Assembly: GCA_918797485.1 (NCBI GenBank)
Contig: CAKKNE010000005.1
Location: forward strand, 1,426,001-1,490,000
DNA from: Pelagomonas calceolata
Taxonomy: Eukaryota
DNA: 64,000 nt
Direction of reading: 5' to 3'
The notes below the pieces were generated by a model that saw only the letters and a list, made by a program, of their open reading frames with translations, did not search any database and was not told the DNA's origin. Below are positions 63,492-64,000 of this stretch, in pieces. Both the position numbers and the translations under genes were made by a program. Position 1 is the first letter of the stretch, and each line of letters starts with the position of its first letter.

Positions 63492-63513
63492 GCTAGTGGT
63501 GTAAGACACTAGC
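63492..63513 (+). promoter_or_regulatory. Recurrent intergenic motif copy
   Basis: GCTAGTGGTGTAAGACACTAGC, 166 bp upstream of the RRM gene ATG. Confidence 0.6.
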
Positions 63514-63678
63514 AAACAGCAGAGCAGAGCGCAAGGCCGCAAAACCAAGAGCTTGGGGCGGCACACTCGACAATTCACATACAGGACCGCCAGCATCAAT
63601 CCCAGCGGTGCTCCAAGGAGCGCGAGCCGTCCTGCCAAAGCAGAGCGGGCCCGGCACCTACGAGCTGCAGCGCAAAAC

Positions 63679-64000
63679 ATGGCAGACGACGACGCGGAGG
63701 CCTTCCGGCGCGAGGTCTACGGAGATGATGGAGGCAGAGCGCGGGACGACGCCGCGCCGCCGTCGATGCGGGGCCGGCGGTTATTTGTGAGAGGCCTGCC
63801 CTACGACTGGGACCGCGAGCGCGTGCGGCGGGAGCTCTCGAAATTTGGAGAGGTCGAGAGGTTGGAGCTGCCTAAAGCGAGAAGGGGTTGTGGATTCGTG
63901 GACTACGCGACGGAACGGAGCGCGTCGAAGGCATTCGTGGCGCTCGACGGACGGCCCCTCGGGCATCGGAGGGACGTGCTCTGCCAGATGCGCGTCGAGC
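63679..64000 (+). CDS. RRM-domain protein (partial, runs off the window)
   Basis: MADDDAEAF...RRLFVRGLPYDW...FGEVERLEL..RGCGFVDY...AFVALDGR. Confidence 0.85.
   Translation, partial: MADDDAEAFRREVYGDDGGRARDDAAPPSMRGRRLFVRGLPYDWDRERVRRELSKFGEVERLELPKARRGCGFVDYATERSASKAFVALDGRPLGHRRDVLCQMRVE

Overview
Gene-dense, GC-rich eukaryotic nuclear DNA, not prokaryotic. Evidence: histones H3/H4, AP-1 sigma, URB1, GT-AG introns and a bipartite plastid-targeting presequence. It is most likely a pelagophyte alga such as Pelagomonas (inference from compact, mostly intronless genes, AP2-repeat genes and CGCCATCGACGC-type intronic repeats). About 35 protein genes are present. Three introns missed by the ORF track were reconstructed, in URB1, ATX1 and a large FHA protein. 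Main non-obvious structures: (1) a ~24-bp motif GCTAGCGGCCTGTAAGACACTAGC recurs about 15 times, only between genes, usually pointing at a start codon ~100-260 bp away; (2) the last 35 codons of the FHA/DEK-C/PDZ gene recur 6.2 kb downstream with almost only synonymous changes, bracketing two orphan genes; (3) a 1.1-kb tandem duplicate has an identical upstream segment but an ORF diverged almost only at amino-acid-changing sites; (4) the H3/H4 divergent pair has a 53-bp inverted-repeat promoter, matching 3' stem-loops and a shared downstream element; (5) an Introner-like intron with an 8-bp target-site duplication interrupts the ATX1 metal-binding motif; (6) a ferric reductase is internally deleted; (7) several unusual domain fusions occur. 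All family calls come from motif recognition by eye; no database searches were run.
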